A stretch of 64,000 nt of DNA. Source: the human T2T-CHM13v2.0 reference genome, Homo sapiens. Positions 13,866 through 28,720 of this stretch are shown here, in pieces. Under the pieces are notes generated by a model. The model had not been told where the DNA came from. It saw only the letters and a list, made by a program, of their open reading frames with translations, and ran no database searches. Positions within the stretch are counted from its first letter, which is position 1; each line of letters begins with the position of its first letter. The stretch lies in NCBI RefSeq assembly GCF_009914755.1, contig NC_060934.1; one strand, 5' to 3'. The position numbers were made by a program, and so were the translations under genes.

Positions 13866-16639
13866 CAAAAGCTAGGCATTTTCTGCACCTTTGAGGATTT
13901 ACCTAGCCGGGTCCTCCAGAAGACAGAGCAATCTACCTGTCAGGTATTTATGGTCTTTCTCCACTGGATAGCCTTTTCTTTTGTATTTTAAAATATTTAT
14001 ATTTATTCCTCACTTATGAATACAATGTCACTTTGATTAAAAATTGTGTTCTTACAATGGAGCTGTTCAATCACCATGGCAGAGCAGTCTTGACCATGTC
14101 TTCTTGTCACCCACTCAGCTGTAACTAAACTCTCCGGTATGATCTGAACTTGACCTTCAGACAATGACAGCCCAAGCATGTTGTTGGTTTAATGTCATGT
14201 CAGAGCTGTGACCAACAATAGCCATAATTGTGTCCAAACAGTCAACAATGTCAAACAAGACTCTCAAGGGTACATTGTGCTGGTAAAACTGAGTTTGATG
14301 ACATTGGCTGCTCTGTCTAGCAAACGTTCTGGATTCATTTTTATTTTGAAGTTTTACTCCTCTAAGTGTTTCTATAGGAGTATTTTACATTTTAACCTTG
14401 TTCAGTCTCTGTGTTCAAGGTTGACAATCATTTTAATGGTCTAGGTTGCATCCATTTTGGTAAAGGAAAGCGACTTGTTTCCAAAGTCTCCAAAGACTAT
14501 GGTGCTTTTTACCCACACACGGTGGCTTTTTGGAAGAATTCCAGAGAACATATTGTCATTATTGATAAAACAAACGAACAAACAAAATTATATTCCCCAG
14601 AGTCATTGCAAGCGTATCTTTCATGGTTATAGATTTTAACAACCTTGAGTTAAATTATTGTTGCACAATCCCACATTGATACATGCAGTAAAAAAGACAC
14701 ATAAATCATAAGAAATATTCTAAATATTTCAAAAGAGAAGATGCATAGGCCAATGACAGGGTTTATATTTAGGAAATATGAATGTAACAATTCCCATAGA
14801 ATCGTCAGTGCTGTGCTCACCAAGAAAATGGCCATTTTAAGTGGAATAAAATACCACTTGCACTGAATGATTGACTTGATTTTCCTTTGGTAATAACTTT
14901 GGTAATAACTTTCCTTTGGTCTGTTATGTTAACACAAGGAAGTGTGTCACTAGCTTTTGTTTTGTTTGTAGTTTAAGTGTTCCATACAATAGCAAACTAG
15001 GAACGCATTTTATTGGGGAGGAAGAGTAATTTATTCTTTTCCGTAAAACTCAAACCACGATGAATTCCAAGTTCCCCAAAATAATTTTTGTGTAGATGAT
15101 AAACAAGCAGTGGAATTCCAAGGCATGAATCACTTATCTGTTTGAGTAAGTTGTCAGGAGCTCTAAAGCATTGGAGAATGGGGGCTGCTGTGGGTGATGG
15201 ATTGGAAGATGGGTCGCCCCAACTTTGGATACACAGCAGTGAGCAAGGGTGGGCTCTGGAAGTGCAGCAGGTACATATGACAAGTAGGGAAAGCTTCAGA
15301 GTGAAAAAAATGTAAATACGACAATGAATTATTGAACTTAGACACATATTCCAGCAAAAGAAGCAGGTGGCTGCATTTCCATCTTGAATCAGTGAGAAAC
15401 AAAACAAATGATTCATCAACCTGTGGTCTCTGGGAGGAGCAGTGAGTTGGAGACTGCCAGTCAGCCATGCTCTTAACACCTGTGACAAGTGAAGACCCAG
15501 TCAAGGGTCAAGGGCCAAAGGTCAAGGATCTCTGGACAGCTAAAACCCTTAAACAAAAGTCCTAGGAATGCTATGCTAGATTTCCTCTATGCACCAAAAC
15601 TAACCCACCTCACTTTCTTTTAAAATAATTGATAACATTGAATTTTCCTGAATATAAGAATAACATGCATTGTAGAAAAAAAGACAAGTGTAAAAAAAAT
15701 TACATATACTTTTTCTGCTCTGAAATAATTACCTTTAACAGTGTAGCATTTGTCTTTATAGTTTCTGTACAGATATAGTTATGACACAATTGGAACCATG
15801 ATAAATATCCAGTTTTGTATCCTGCTTCTTCACTTACTGAAAAACCACTTAATATTATATTGTGAGCATTTCTCCACATCATAAATAGCCTTAGAAACAT
15901 GATTTTTAATGGCTGCAGAACATTCTATTCCATGAATGTATCATACTTAACTATATCCCTACCTTAGGCATTCAGATTGTTTTTGACTTTTCATCATTAT
16001 GAATGGTTCTGTCATGAACATTCTTCCTCACTTATTTTTAACAACCCAGGGCAGAGGAATCTTTGTGTTCAGTGTGGATAAAATTGCTAACATGGTCAGA
16101 AAAACGATGGCACATACTTAGGCAGGAGTTTCAAAATACTTCATCCACCAAAGATTTAGATCTGGGTGCTCTGGAGATGGCATTTCCAGTGAATAAGCAC
16201 ACAACCAGCCAACCTTTGCTCAACATTTTATGTCTAGATTCCAACTTGTCTTGAAATAAGGCCAGTCAACAACTTGCTTCCTCTAAGGGGTAACCAAGCC
16301 TCATGTACATGTAGTAGCACAAACATCCCTGATGAAGCATGACAGCACATGTCAGATGCCCAGGATGAGTGACTGCGGCAAAATGGTGAAGAAGGGAAAA
16401 GGGGCCTGTTGGCTCCAGCCTGATTTATTCATGTATTTAATTAGTGGTAAAACATACATAACATGACATTTACCATTTTAACCATTTTTAAGTGTACAAT
16501 CAGTGCCATCAGGCACAGTCACATTGTTGTGCAACCATCACCACTATCCTGTTCCAGAACTTTTCATCATCCCAAACAGAAACTCTGTACCTATTAAACA
16601 ATAATTCCCCCATTTCCCCCTCTCCCCAGCCCCTGCTAA

Positions 16640-16961
<322 letters not shown>

Positions 16962-17320
16962 GTTGTCTTATTCTAGCTACCTCATATGAGTGAAATCATA
17001 CCATATTTGTTCCTTCATGTCAGGCTTATTTTACTTATTTCACAAGGATGACTATTTGCAACACCGATCAGAATTTCATTTCTTTTTAAGACTGAATATT
17101 ATCCCATTTTACGTGTATATCACATTTTGTTCATCCATTTACCTATTGATGGATATTTGGGTCGCTTCCACTTTGGAACTATTGTAAAAAATGCTGCAAT
17201 GAATATTCGTGTGCAAATACCTGTTTGATACCCTGCTTTTGATTCTTTGGGGTATATTCCTAGGAGTGGAATTACTGGATCATATGACAATTCTAAGTTT
17301 AATTTTTTGAGGAACTGTGA

Positions 17321-17742
<422 letters not shown>

Positions 17743-17772
17743 CTTTCTATTTTATTTTATTTTATTTTTTAA

Positions 17773-18218
<446 letters not shown>

Positions 18219-19859
18219 TTATCTATCTTTTTTGAAGAACTGTCCACTGTTTTTTAATTGGGTTGCTTGAGGAAGCTGCTGTGCTTGGGACATACAGACA
18301 CCCAGCAGCTGGGTGCTTTCCACACAGAGCGCTTGTTGGCAAGGAACACTGATTCCCCAAAAATGCACAATTCAGAAGGGAGTTATTATGAGGCAAAGGG
18401 GGCTCCTCCTGGGATCCTGACACGGGAAGTTCTGTGGGCCTCCAGGGACCCGGAAAGGCGTCAGGCCGCTACCCTGTCCCTGCCCCTCTCTCTGGGGCTG
18501 TGTGGTCTTGTCTCCGCCTCTCCCTGCACGTCTGCTCCCCCAACCCACCCACCAATGGCAGGCAAGAGCTTCATCCCTGCTCCCCACCCTTAGCTGCTGG
18601 CTTCCCATGACACAAGCCCAGGCCTCATCTTCACATGACCCCAGGGCTCCAGGGTCCCCCAGTAGACTCAGGCTTCTCTGTCCCTTCATTCGGAATTTGT
18701 CCTCTGAGGTCAGAAGCTTTTCCTGACCCAATCAGCTGTGGTCATAGGGCCAGTCGCTGAAGGCAAATACTGTCAAGCCGGGTCCTGATTTCAGCAAGGG
18801 CTGTGGGAGGGGAGCACTTCAAATAAGGGTACATCATGGGTGGGCAATGATGGCTGTGCTTAGCACACAGAGGAGAAATGTAAAGCTTTCCAACCGTCTA
18901 ATATCCCATTACTTACTATATCCACCTCTCAAACCCCCGAGAGCATTTGACATTGGATATTATTTGCCCTTGGCTTGATGTATTGTCTTTCAGGATAACG
19001 CGGCTGTCATGCTCAGAAGGCATCTTTGGATGTGGATGTGACAATGGCGTGCCCAATGCGGAGAACAATTTCCACTTCCATTCCAAAGACTGGATACCGA
19101 GCTAAGCTAGGCAAACTTGCTTGATTCAGAGTATTTCCACGTGAACCTGCTGCCAGCTGGTCTCCTTAGCGCTACATGCAAGCTATAAGTCTCTTCTCAT
19201 CTTTTCATTTGGTTCAAAGGGAAAAAGGCAATCATCTTACTTTTAGGGTAGTCAGAACCTGTGGAAGCCAAACAGCAGGGTGATGTACGCCCACAGCCTC
19301 TAGAGTCAGCCTATGTGAAACCCAAATACACTTGTGAAACACTAAATTTTTATCATTATTTACAGGTTATTGATGACCTGTAGTGCACACAATAAGTGAT
19401 GACGCCTTGTACTTAGAACAAGAGGCTATTAGAAATGAATTCATTTCTTTGAAATGTAAACCAAGGATAAATCACAAATTTTTTCACTGTTCATCCCAGC
19501 CCCTTATGTCTGGATGGGACATCTATTTAAATGCTGTTCACATTAGTTCCTATGAAAGGAGAGGTGGAAAAGTGCCTGGTTGTCAGTGGTCCACTCCCAA
19601 AGGAGAGAACAGTCTTTTCTGTCTTTGTCCTATGGTGATAGAGCTGACCAAAATCCCATTTCCATTCTACGTCATCTTAGGAGGAAAATCTTGTGAAGGA
19701 TAAAATCAAAAAGGGAGACAGTCAGATAGTGAGAAAAATTGAAGACAACACCTACTGACAGGTACACTCAGAGAATTTGTAGGATGGGGGAACTGAGGTG
19801 GGTGGGATGGCATTTTGTATTTAGTTCATTACCACACCTTTTTTAAAAAAGAATAATAT

Positions 19860-20222
19860 GCTTTATTTTTTATAGCAGTTTTAGGTGTACAAAAAATTAG
19901 GCAGGTCATAGAGAGAATTCTTATATAACCCCTTTCCCATCACACAATTTCCTCTATTACAAACATCCTCCATTAGTGAGATTCATTTGTTACAACTGGT
20001 GAGCCAATATTATGAACCAAAGTCCATAGCTTAGGGTTCATTCTTTGTGTTGCATGTCTTATGGGTTTTGACAAATTCCTAATGCCATGTATCCACCATT
20101 ATCATGCAGAAGGGTTTCACTGCCTTTAAAATACCCTGTGCTTCACCTGTTCATGCCCCACCCACCCACCCATGCAACTAGTGGCAAACACTTTTTTTTT
20201 TCTTACTGTCTCTATAGTTTTG
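19860..20222 (-). mobile_element. Old L1 (L1MC-like) 3' fragment
   Basis: agcagttttaggtgtacaaaaaatt...ccaaagtccatag...tatgggttttgacaaat. Confidence 0.7.
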
Positions 20223-20623
20223 CCCCCATGCTGTTTTCAATGGAAACTGGAACAGCAGTGAACACCGGTCAGGATGGGTTTAGAAGAGTGATGGACTCAG
20301 TTTACCGAGCACAAACTTACTTTGTGCCAGGTACTCTCTCAAGTACTTTACAAAACTTAGCCCACCTAATTCTCATCATTGGGTAAACTGTTCAGGTTAC
20401 ATAGCTAGGAAGGGGTGGACCTGGGACCAGAACCTAGACAGACTACAGAGGCCATGCTTAACCTCTGTACTGCACCTCCTCCTCAATTTCTGGCTATTCT
20501 AAAATTAACATCATGACTATTTTTCCTCTTGAACCAAATGAAAAGATATGCAGATGTTAGGACTTACTGTGATTAGCATAGATTTGTTCCATTGGTCTTA
20601 AAATCTAAAAGTTTATTTAGAAC

Positions 20624-20841
20624 CAAGTTGAGCATCCCAAATCCAAAAATCTCCCATTTGAAATGCTTTAAAATCCAAAACTTTTGAGAACCCACATGAT
20701 GTGCAAAGGAAATGTTCATTGAAGCATTTCAGATTTCAGATTTTGGAATTTGGGATGCTTCAGTATAATGAAAATATCCCAAAGTTGAAAATTCAAAACA
20801 CTTCTGGTCCCAAGCATTTTAAATAAGAGATACTCAACCTG
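20624..20841. mobile_element. Tigger4a/MER46A-like TcMar DNA transposon MITE
   Basis: TIRs caagttgagcatc / gatactcaacctg followed by TA. Confidence 0.8.
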
Positions 20842-20904
20842 TATAACATGTACATTAGAAAAAAGTAACCATACTTCTTTTTGTTTTAAGATGAAATTAT
20901 CTAG

Positions 20905-21985
20905 CAAAAATAGACACATGGGATTATATCAAACTTAAAAACTTTTGTGCATCAAAGGACACAATCAATGAAACAAAAAGGCAACCCTTAGAATGGGAGA
21001 AAATATTTGCAGATCATATCCCTGATAAGTATTTAATATCCAGAATATGTAAAGAACTCCTATAACTCAACAACAAAAAATCGAATAACCCAATTTGAAA
21101 ATGAGCAAATAACTTGAACAGACATTTCTCCAAAGATGATATAGAAATATCCAATAAGCATGTGAAAAGATGTTCAACATCACTAATCATCAGAGAAATG
21201 CAAATTAAAATCAAGGTGAGTTATTAGCTCACATCCATTAGGATGACTATCATCAGAAAAATGGAAAATAAGTGTTGGCATGGATATGCAGAGATTGGAA
21301 CCCTTGTGCACTGTTAGTGGGATTCTAAAATGGTGCAGCCGCTATGGAAAACGGTATGGAGGAACCTCAAAAAATTAAAAATAGAACTATTATATGATCC
21401 AGCAGTCCCAATTCTGGGTATATATCCAAAAGAAATGAAAGCAGAGCCTTTAAAGAAATATTTGCACATCAATGTTCATAGCAGCACTTTCACAATAGCC
21501 AAGATGTGGAAGCAATCCATATGTTCATCAATGGATGAATGAATAAACAAAATGTGGTATATCCATACAATGGAATATTACTCTGCCTTAAAAAGGAAGG
21601 AACTCTCAACACATGCTACAACTAGGTGAACTTTGAGGACATTATGCTGAGTGAAATAAGTCAGACATATAAGGACACATACTGTACAATATCACTTATA
21701 GGAGTTATTTAGAGTAGTCAAATTTGTAGAGACAGAAGGTAGAATGGTGTTACACCACCAGAGGCTGGAAAGGGGAAGAAATGGGAAGTTAGTATTTAAT
21801 GGGTACAGAGCTCCAGTTTGGGAAGATGAAAAAGTTCTGGATATGGTGCTGGCAATTGTTGCACAAAAATGTGAATGTATTTAATGCCACTTTATACTTA
21901 ATGAGTGTCCTTAATGGACACTTGAATATTCCTAAGATGGTAAATTTTATGTTGTGTATATTTTACCACAACAAAAAAATTAAGC
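20905..21985 (+). mobile_element. L1 (L1MA/MB-type) 3' ~1.1 kb
   Basis: ORF2-end remnant (agacatttctccaaagatgat, gaaatgcaaattaaaa) plus L1 3' UTR and A-rich end. Confidence 0.92.
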
Positions 21986-23889
21986 TACCTAACTTCTTTT
22001 CCCCTAAGAGAACCAGCCTGTCCTGAAAGCTTAACTGTGGTAGGGAATGCGTTCAGGCAAGAGAAGCTAAACTGGAGACAGGCTATTGCTCTGGCTTTCT
22101 CAGAAGTTCCATGTAGAATCTAAGACTGACCGCAGATCTCACTGTCACTGAATTCCAAGTTTTGAGAGATGTTCCATCTGAGAGAAGGAAGAAGCAACTG
22201 GAAAATAACAGATGATAAGCAAAGGCCTGCTTCCTTGACCAACTGGTGGCTTCTAAGATTCCTGGGATTCAGAGAGTTGGAAAGATCAGCCCACTTAAGG
22301 CTCATGACAACCCCATTTTACCTCTGGGCAGACTGAGGTGTGGATATTTGAGATTAACTTACCCTAAGTCACACACAGCTAGTAAGCAGGACCAGGAATC
22401 AGACTCTTCATAGTCTGACCCCAGAGGCCACATTCTTATTCCCTGTGCTCTTCTGTCTCAGAGGAGGGAAGGGACCAACAAGCCAAAGACACAAATGCAA
22501 ATAAAGGATAAAAAGGCGAGGACATACCCAGCCTGCACCAGACACTGATGTTAGCTTGTTCCGTTATGGCACCCTTCTAAAAGGCAGCTGCTATTTCTGT
22601 CCCATTTTACAGACAAGGAACCTGAGGTCTGGAGACAATTGAATCAGCTTCTCCAGCTTCCACTGCCAGTGAACCCCATTCTGATTCACCAATCCCAGGC
22701 TTTTCCAGATGTCTGTCATGGCTGGAAAATAGAAGTTTCTTCACATAATGCCATTTTTCAGAGGCAGAACTGGTCCAGATTTCTGGAGCTCTTTTCTAAT
22801 TTTTTTAACTTTAAAATCCTAACCATTCCTAATCCTGGAGTGTGTCAACCATTTCACCTCTTTCCTGCAAGCTAAGAGGCCACTAAACAACCTTGGCTGG
22901 AAGGGCTGAGCAGCCAAACCCATAGAGCGACAGAAACCACCAAGGTCAAAGTCATGGGCAGTTCTAGTCTGAGTCCTGCATTTTTGAAAGACAAGACTCC
23001 ATCTTGAGAAAAAAAAATATAAAGCTAGAGGAAAATGTTGAAAATGGGAATCCACCAACGTGGAAGGCTTTACCCAAGATTTTCAAAGCTAAACACTGTG
23101 GGAAACAGTAGCAGATGGGCTGAACATATTGCAGGGATTGGACTGCACAACTGCCGGCACCGTGTAAGTTGGACCAAAGCGAGGAAAATCACAGGCTCCA
23201 AAATAGCTCAAATGCAACTGGGGAAAATGTGAAATAATGTGTTGTGGTAGAGAGCACTTCAACTTGTCGCACACACTAATGAGTCCAGGATACCCAAGGA
23301 AATAGACCTTCAGCCAAATCCAGCAGCAGCCATGGGCAAGAAGCAACAGGGATTCTCCCAAAAGCAGATTTCAGGAGCAACCACAGCTTGGGGGCTTTTC
23401 AGAAAGGGTCATCTTGGATGGGCCTGGGAGGGGTCACCCAGTGGAAGTGCTGACTGGAAGAATAAATGTGATGCTTTGAAGCCCAGACAGATTCAGCTGC
23501 CAAATCTTGTCTCACTCCCTTTCACATTCTCCTTATGCCTCTCTCCCTTCCCACCTCTGCCTTCCCGAGCCAGATGCTCCTCACCTCTCCCCTGCTGCCA
23601 GCTGCAGGATGCAGCTACCAACAAGTGACTGTCCTGCTCATAAACCCCTAGGGGCCCTCCACTTCCTACAGAATAGACTTCTACCCCCTCAATTTATCCC
23701 TCACTGCTCAACCAAACCAACTTTCCACAGGTGCCAGGACTTCCTCTCTGTTTCCAGATCACACTCCGTGACCCCATGAGCTCCTCAGGACAGGGATGAT
23801 GTCACCATCATTTTTGTGTCTTCAACTCCTCCACCTCATAGATTCTCAGTGAATGTTTGCTGAATCAGTAGCGCCAGCTTCACATGCTT

Positions 23890-24090
23890 TAGAGGCAGAA
23901 GATACAAGCTGGAATCTCAACTCCAGCACTTAATAGCTTTGTGATCTTAGGTAAGTTACCTAGCCTCTCTGAGTCCTATGGCCTATGTCAGAAAATGGGG
24001 TAAGTGTGTCTACGTTATTGAATCATTTTGAGAAATAAATGGGCAAAACATGTAAAATGCTCAGTCAATCACAAACTCTCAATAAATGTT
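23890..24090 (+). mobile_element. MIR SINE
   Basis: Core tgtgatcttaggtaagttacctagcctctctgag...aaaatgggg. Confidence 0.7.
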
Positions 24091-24277
24091 TAAAAAAAAA
24101 AATCCCTCCCCTGCCCATCTAAAAGTTACCTGTGTTCTAAGACCCTGCCACCGAGCTTGTTCCTTAAGGCTCAGGGAAGGAGAGAATCCAGCTAAAAGAT
24201 TTCAGTGGCCTTTATTGGAAGGAGCTGTCTGTGACAGTGCCCAGTTTTAGTTATTTCATAAGAAAGACAACTGAGAG

Positions 24278-24653
<376 letters not shown>

Positions 24654-24959
24654 CTAAGACTAAGATAGTGATCGATTCAGAAAGAGAGAGACGTACAGTA
24701 GAAGTTTTCTGTCTTCTGGGGAGCATCATAAGATTGTTCAGTTCTTATGAGTTTCAGCTACTTGAAGAGATTAATAATCAAAACCAAGGACAGTAAACTT
24801 AGAATAAATGAGTGCACATTTGCTTTATGAAGTTGGGCTTTTTCTGTTAGCTGAAACAAGGAGAGAAAATTCTTCTCAAGAACCATTTAGGTGACTGCCC
24901 CCTCTCTAGCCACCCACCTCTGCTGAGCCACAGAGGCCTAGATTCTTCAACACACAGGA

Positions 24960-25122
24960 TTTTTCTCTTTTTTGAGACAGGGTCTCACTCTGTCACCCAT
25001 ATTTAGTAGAGAAAGAGTTTTGCTATGTTGTCCAGGCTCGTCTCAGACTCCTGGGCTCAAGCCATCTGCCTGCCTAGGCCTCCCAAGGTGCTGGGATTAC
25101 AGCATCAGCCACCGCACCTGCC
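24960..25122 (-). mobile_element. Old Alu with most of right arm deleted
   Basis: gagacagggtctcactctgtcaccc joined directly to atatttagtagag. Confidence 0.8.
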
Positions 25123-26049
25123 AACACACAGAATTTTTCATTGAGATGATAGTGCTCCAAGTCCTGATGCAAACAGACTAACCAGGGCTCCAGAGCGGTT
25201 GGGTCACATATATCACTAAGTAGGCCCTCCCCTGAACCTTTGTATCCCCCGTCATCAACTCCCATACAATCCTCTTGTTCTCTGTTCCTCCTAGATAGTA
25301 AGCATTGTCCTCTGTTCCTTATCCCGAAATATTACTATTTTAGTGAAACTTTTTGAAATTGCAGGATGCAACCTATTTGTGGGTGGTAAAATCAGTTCAG
25401 TGGGTTGCAATCAACTATTTTTTAAAATGAGATAGAAAATAATATTGAATCACACACAGTAATGTGAAGTATCATTTTATGAAACTTTTATCTCAGTTAC
25501 ATATGTACAGGTAATATGTACTTTTTACTGTGAGTCTCAGTCAAAAATACTTAAAAAACTGACTTGGGTATCTGTACAGAACCAGTTATGATCATGTCTG
25601 ATTTCTTTTTATATGTACTATAGCACCTAGCACCCTGCCTTAACACAGAGAAAATGTCCACTAAATATTTATGGAATAAACAGGAATGAATGAATTAATG
25701 AATGCACAAATGGATAAAGTGCATGAAGTATTTCAAGAGTGAGAAAGCAGATATGGTAAGGTAGAAAAAAGTAAGATTGTCTTTGGGAAAATTTCTTTTA
25801 CTTTTGGGGAAAGCTTGCTCATTTCAAGGCTCTAAGGTCCTGTTCATCTTGCATAACTGAAGTTTTGATTGGACAAAATATCCACTTGATAATTTCCTAC
25901 TTCCCAATGTAGTTTATATTGCATGAAACTAATATAACAGTCTTTCAGAACTAGTGTAGTGACATGCATAACAAGATTGGAAGTAGATAATTTTCCATTT
26001 TAATGTTAGTGTCATGTCTTACTTAAAATTATCAGTGACAGTGGACGTG

Positions 26050-26860
26050 TTGGCAAAAAAAGGAAACAAGCTAAACATCCATCCACTGAGAAATGGATTA
26101 ACAAAGTGGTCCATCCATACAATGGAACTACTCAGTGATAAAAAGCGATGAAGTATTGATACATGAAACAACATGGATGAACTTTGAAAACATTATCCTA
26201 AGTGAAAGAAGCCAAACACAAAAGACAGCATATTGTATGATCCCATTCATAAGAGCTTTATAAACAAAAGGCGGATCAATGGTTGCTTGGGCCGGCGAGT
26301 GAGAGTGGGGATTGACTGCAAACAAGCCAAGTGATGTGGTTTGGCTGTGTCCCCACTCAAATCTCATCTTGAATTGTAACTTCCATAATTCCCATGTGTT
26401 GTAGGAGGGATCCAGTGGGAGATAATTGAATCATGGTGGAAGTTTCCCCCATACTGTTCTTGTGGTAGTGAATAAGTCTCAGGAGATCTAATGGTTTTGT
26501 AAAGGGTTTTCCCTTTTGCTTGATTCTCATTCTGTTTCTTGCCTGCTGCCATGTAAGGTGTCTTTTGCCTCCCGCCACGATTGTGAGGCCTCCCCAGCCA
26601 TGTGGAACTGTGAGTCCATTAAATCTCTTTTTCTTTATAAATTACCCAGTCTCGGGTGTGTCTTTATCAGCAGCATGAGAACGGATGAATACTCCAAAGG
26701 AGGGAATGTTTTGAGGTATTGGAAGTTTTCTAAAACTGAATTGTAGTGATGGTTGTATGGTTGTACAAATGGACACATTTTCTGAAACTTATTTAACTGT
26801 GCACTTACAGTGCATGAATTTTCTGCTATGTAGATTATACCTCAATGAAACTGTTAAAAA
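26050..26860 (+). mobile_element. Old L1 3' end interrupted by THE1 LTR
   Basis: atccatacaatggaactactcag...acatggatgaactttgaaaacatt; resumes after the LTR to agattatacctcaatgaa. Confidence 0.8.
26332..26693 (+). mobile_element. THE1 (MaLR) solo LTR, ~360 bp
   Basis: tgatgtggtttggctgtgtcccc...tgaggcctccccagccatgtggaactgtgagtccattaaa...gaatact; near-TSD ccaag/ccaaa. Confidence 0.92.
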
Positions 26861-28661
26861 TAATTACAGATGCTTTGAAATGCCTTCTGGCAGTACAGGA
26901 GAAAGTTTCCCTTCTACTTCACAGTTGTGGATTTATTTTTTGGAAAACTGGACTTCTCTAAAAAGTCAGACCATTATGTAACCTGGCCGCTTCCCCCTTT
27001 TCCAGGAACGCGGGCAGAACATCAATGTCTGTCTATCTGCCTGCTGGTCAGCTTCCTTATGAGGAGGCACAATACCAACTGGCAAGCAGGGCCTTGCTGG
27101 TCATTTGCCCACTCACTCAGCAATGGGGATGCCAGGGGGGAAATAATTCCTTTGAAGCCCTTTCTATACTGTTGTGCTCCTCAGCAGACAGGATGTAGGG
27201 TCTTTCCTATGCTGCCAAAATCAGCAGCAATTGTCAAAAGAAAACACCAGACCAGTACAATAAATGTGAGGGATTTTTCTCACCAAATAACGCATTTCAC
27301 TTTGAAAGTACAAAGCAGTTACATTTCTAACCTTGCAACTTGAAATCATACAGCTATTCAAAGCTAATGATCAAGGCAGGCAGCATTTTGAAGAAACAAT
27401 TGCCATTTTCCTCCTTGCTTGTTCAGATAATGAAGGAATGTGTCTTACACACCTTCTACCCTCTCCTACCCCCCTTCCAAATAGTACCCTGGAACTGTGC
27501 TAAGTGCGTACTAAGCTCTGGATAAATACTTGTTGATTTGATTGATTCTTTGTCTACCCTAGTGACAATGGCCAGATTAGAATTGATGGGATGATTCCCG
27601 AAAGCTGGGAATGGAACACCCTGTACACTGTGGTCTCAGTAATTTGATTAATGATGATGTGTTTTACAATGATTACTTTCAAATCACAAATCTCCAGAAT
27701 CCCTCAAATCCAAACTGGGTCTGGAAGGCAGGGGGAAGCTTAACAATATTTTGGCTCTCATCAGTTCATGTCAAAATTACAAACCAATTCCAAGTAGGTG
27801 AAAGTTATTATAGCTCACAGTTATATGAAAACCAATTTCAGCATTGCTAATGTTTAAAACAGACAGGTGCTGCGTTCAATTTTTTTTAAATGTCACCAGA
27901 GTTTCCACGTGATTTATAATCCTAATTCAAAAAAAGCAAAGCTTATGTGAGTCCTTGGCAAAACGCACAAAATACAAACTAAAATGAACAACAAATGGCA
28001 ACTCGATATTGAACTGGGAATTACATTTTGTGCTGTTTCATTAACTTTTCCAAGTATTTCTTTCTAAAATGCACTCCTGGCTACCCCCGACACACACACG
28101 AGATAAAGGAAGAGTGCACACAGATGGCTCCCGTCCAGGCCACTCAGCGGCTCAAAGTGAATGTGATTCCTGTGTTCTCTCCATGCAGATCGTCAATGAT
28201 GAAGCATGCAGTAAATAACCCTCCCTCCCTGGAAGTGAAGACAGCCTGTGGGGGAGAACTGGCTCCATTAAAGGCTTCAAGCCACAGGAGTTGTTTTCTC
28301 CGGAGATGATGAACGTGGGCTGGAAAAAGAGACAAGAGTCACCTACTTCGTGCAGCTTTTTCCCCCCAAACTGCTAAAAGTCCTTTACCCTCAAATAAAA
28401 TCATCAAGAGAGAGCTGGAAATGGCATCTCTTGCCACAGATCTGTGTTTTATTGTTATTGTTTTCACATAGTATTTACTTAAAGTCTGCTGTATATCCAG
28501 CCCATGTGTAACTCACCAAATTTTGAGCATCTTTTTTTGACTGTGCCTGCCTATCCAGTTCTTTGTAAGATCCTTGAGAAATAGAATTGAGCCTTTTCTT
28601 CTTTGTAGCTTTGGCCTCTCAGCCAAGGCCTGGCAAAGAGTGTGCATTCAATTAATGTTGG

Positions 28662-28720
28662 TTGAATGGATGAATAGAAATGAATGGATGGGTGGGTGGA
28701 TGGATGGATGGATGGATGGA
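28662..28720. repeat. (TGGA)n microsatellite grown from an L2 tail
   Basis: tggatggatgg run following attcaattaatgttggttgaatg. Confidence 0.85.

Noticed and set aside
20905-21985. L1 ORF2 remnant as a coding or active element
   Set aside because: 5'-truncated with multiple stops and frameshifts.
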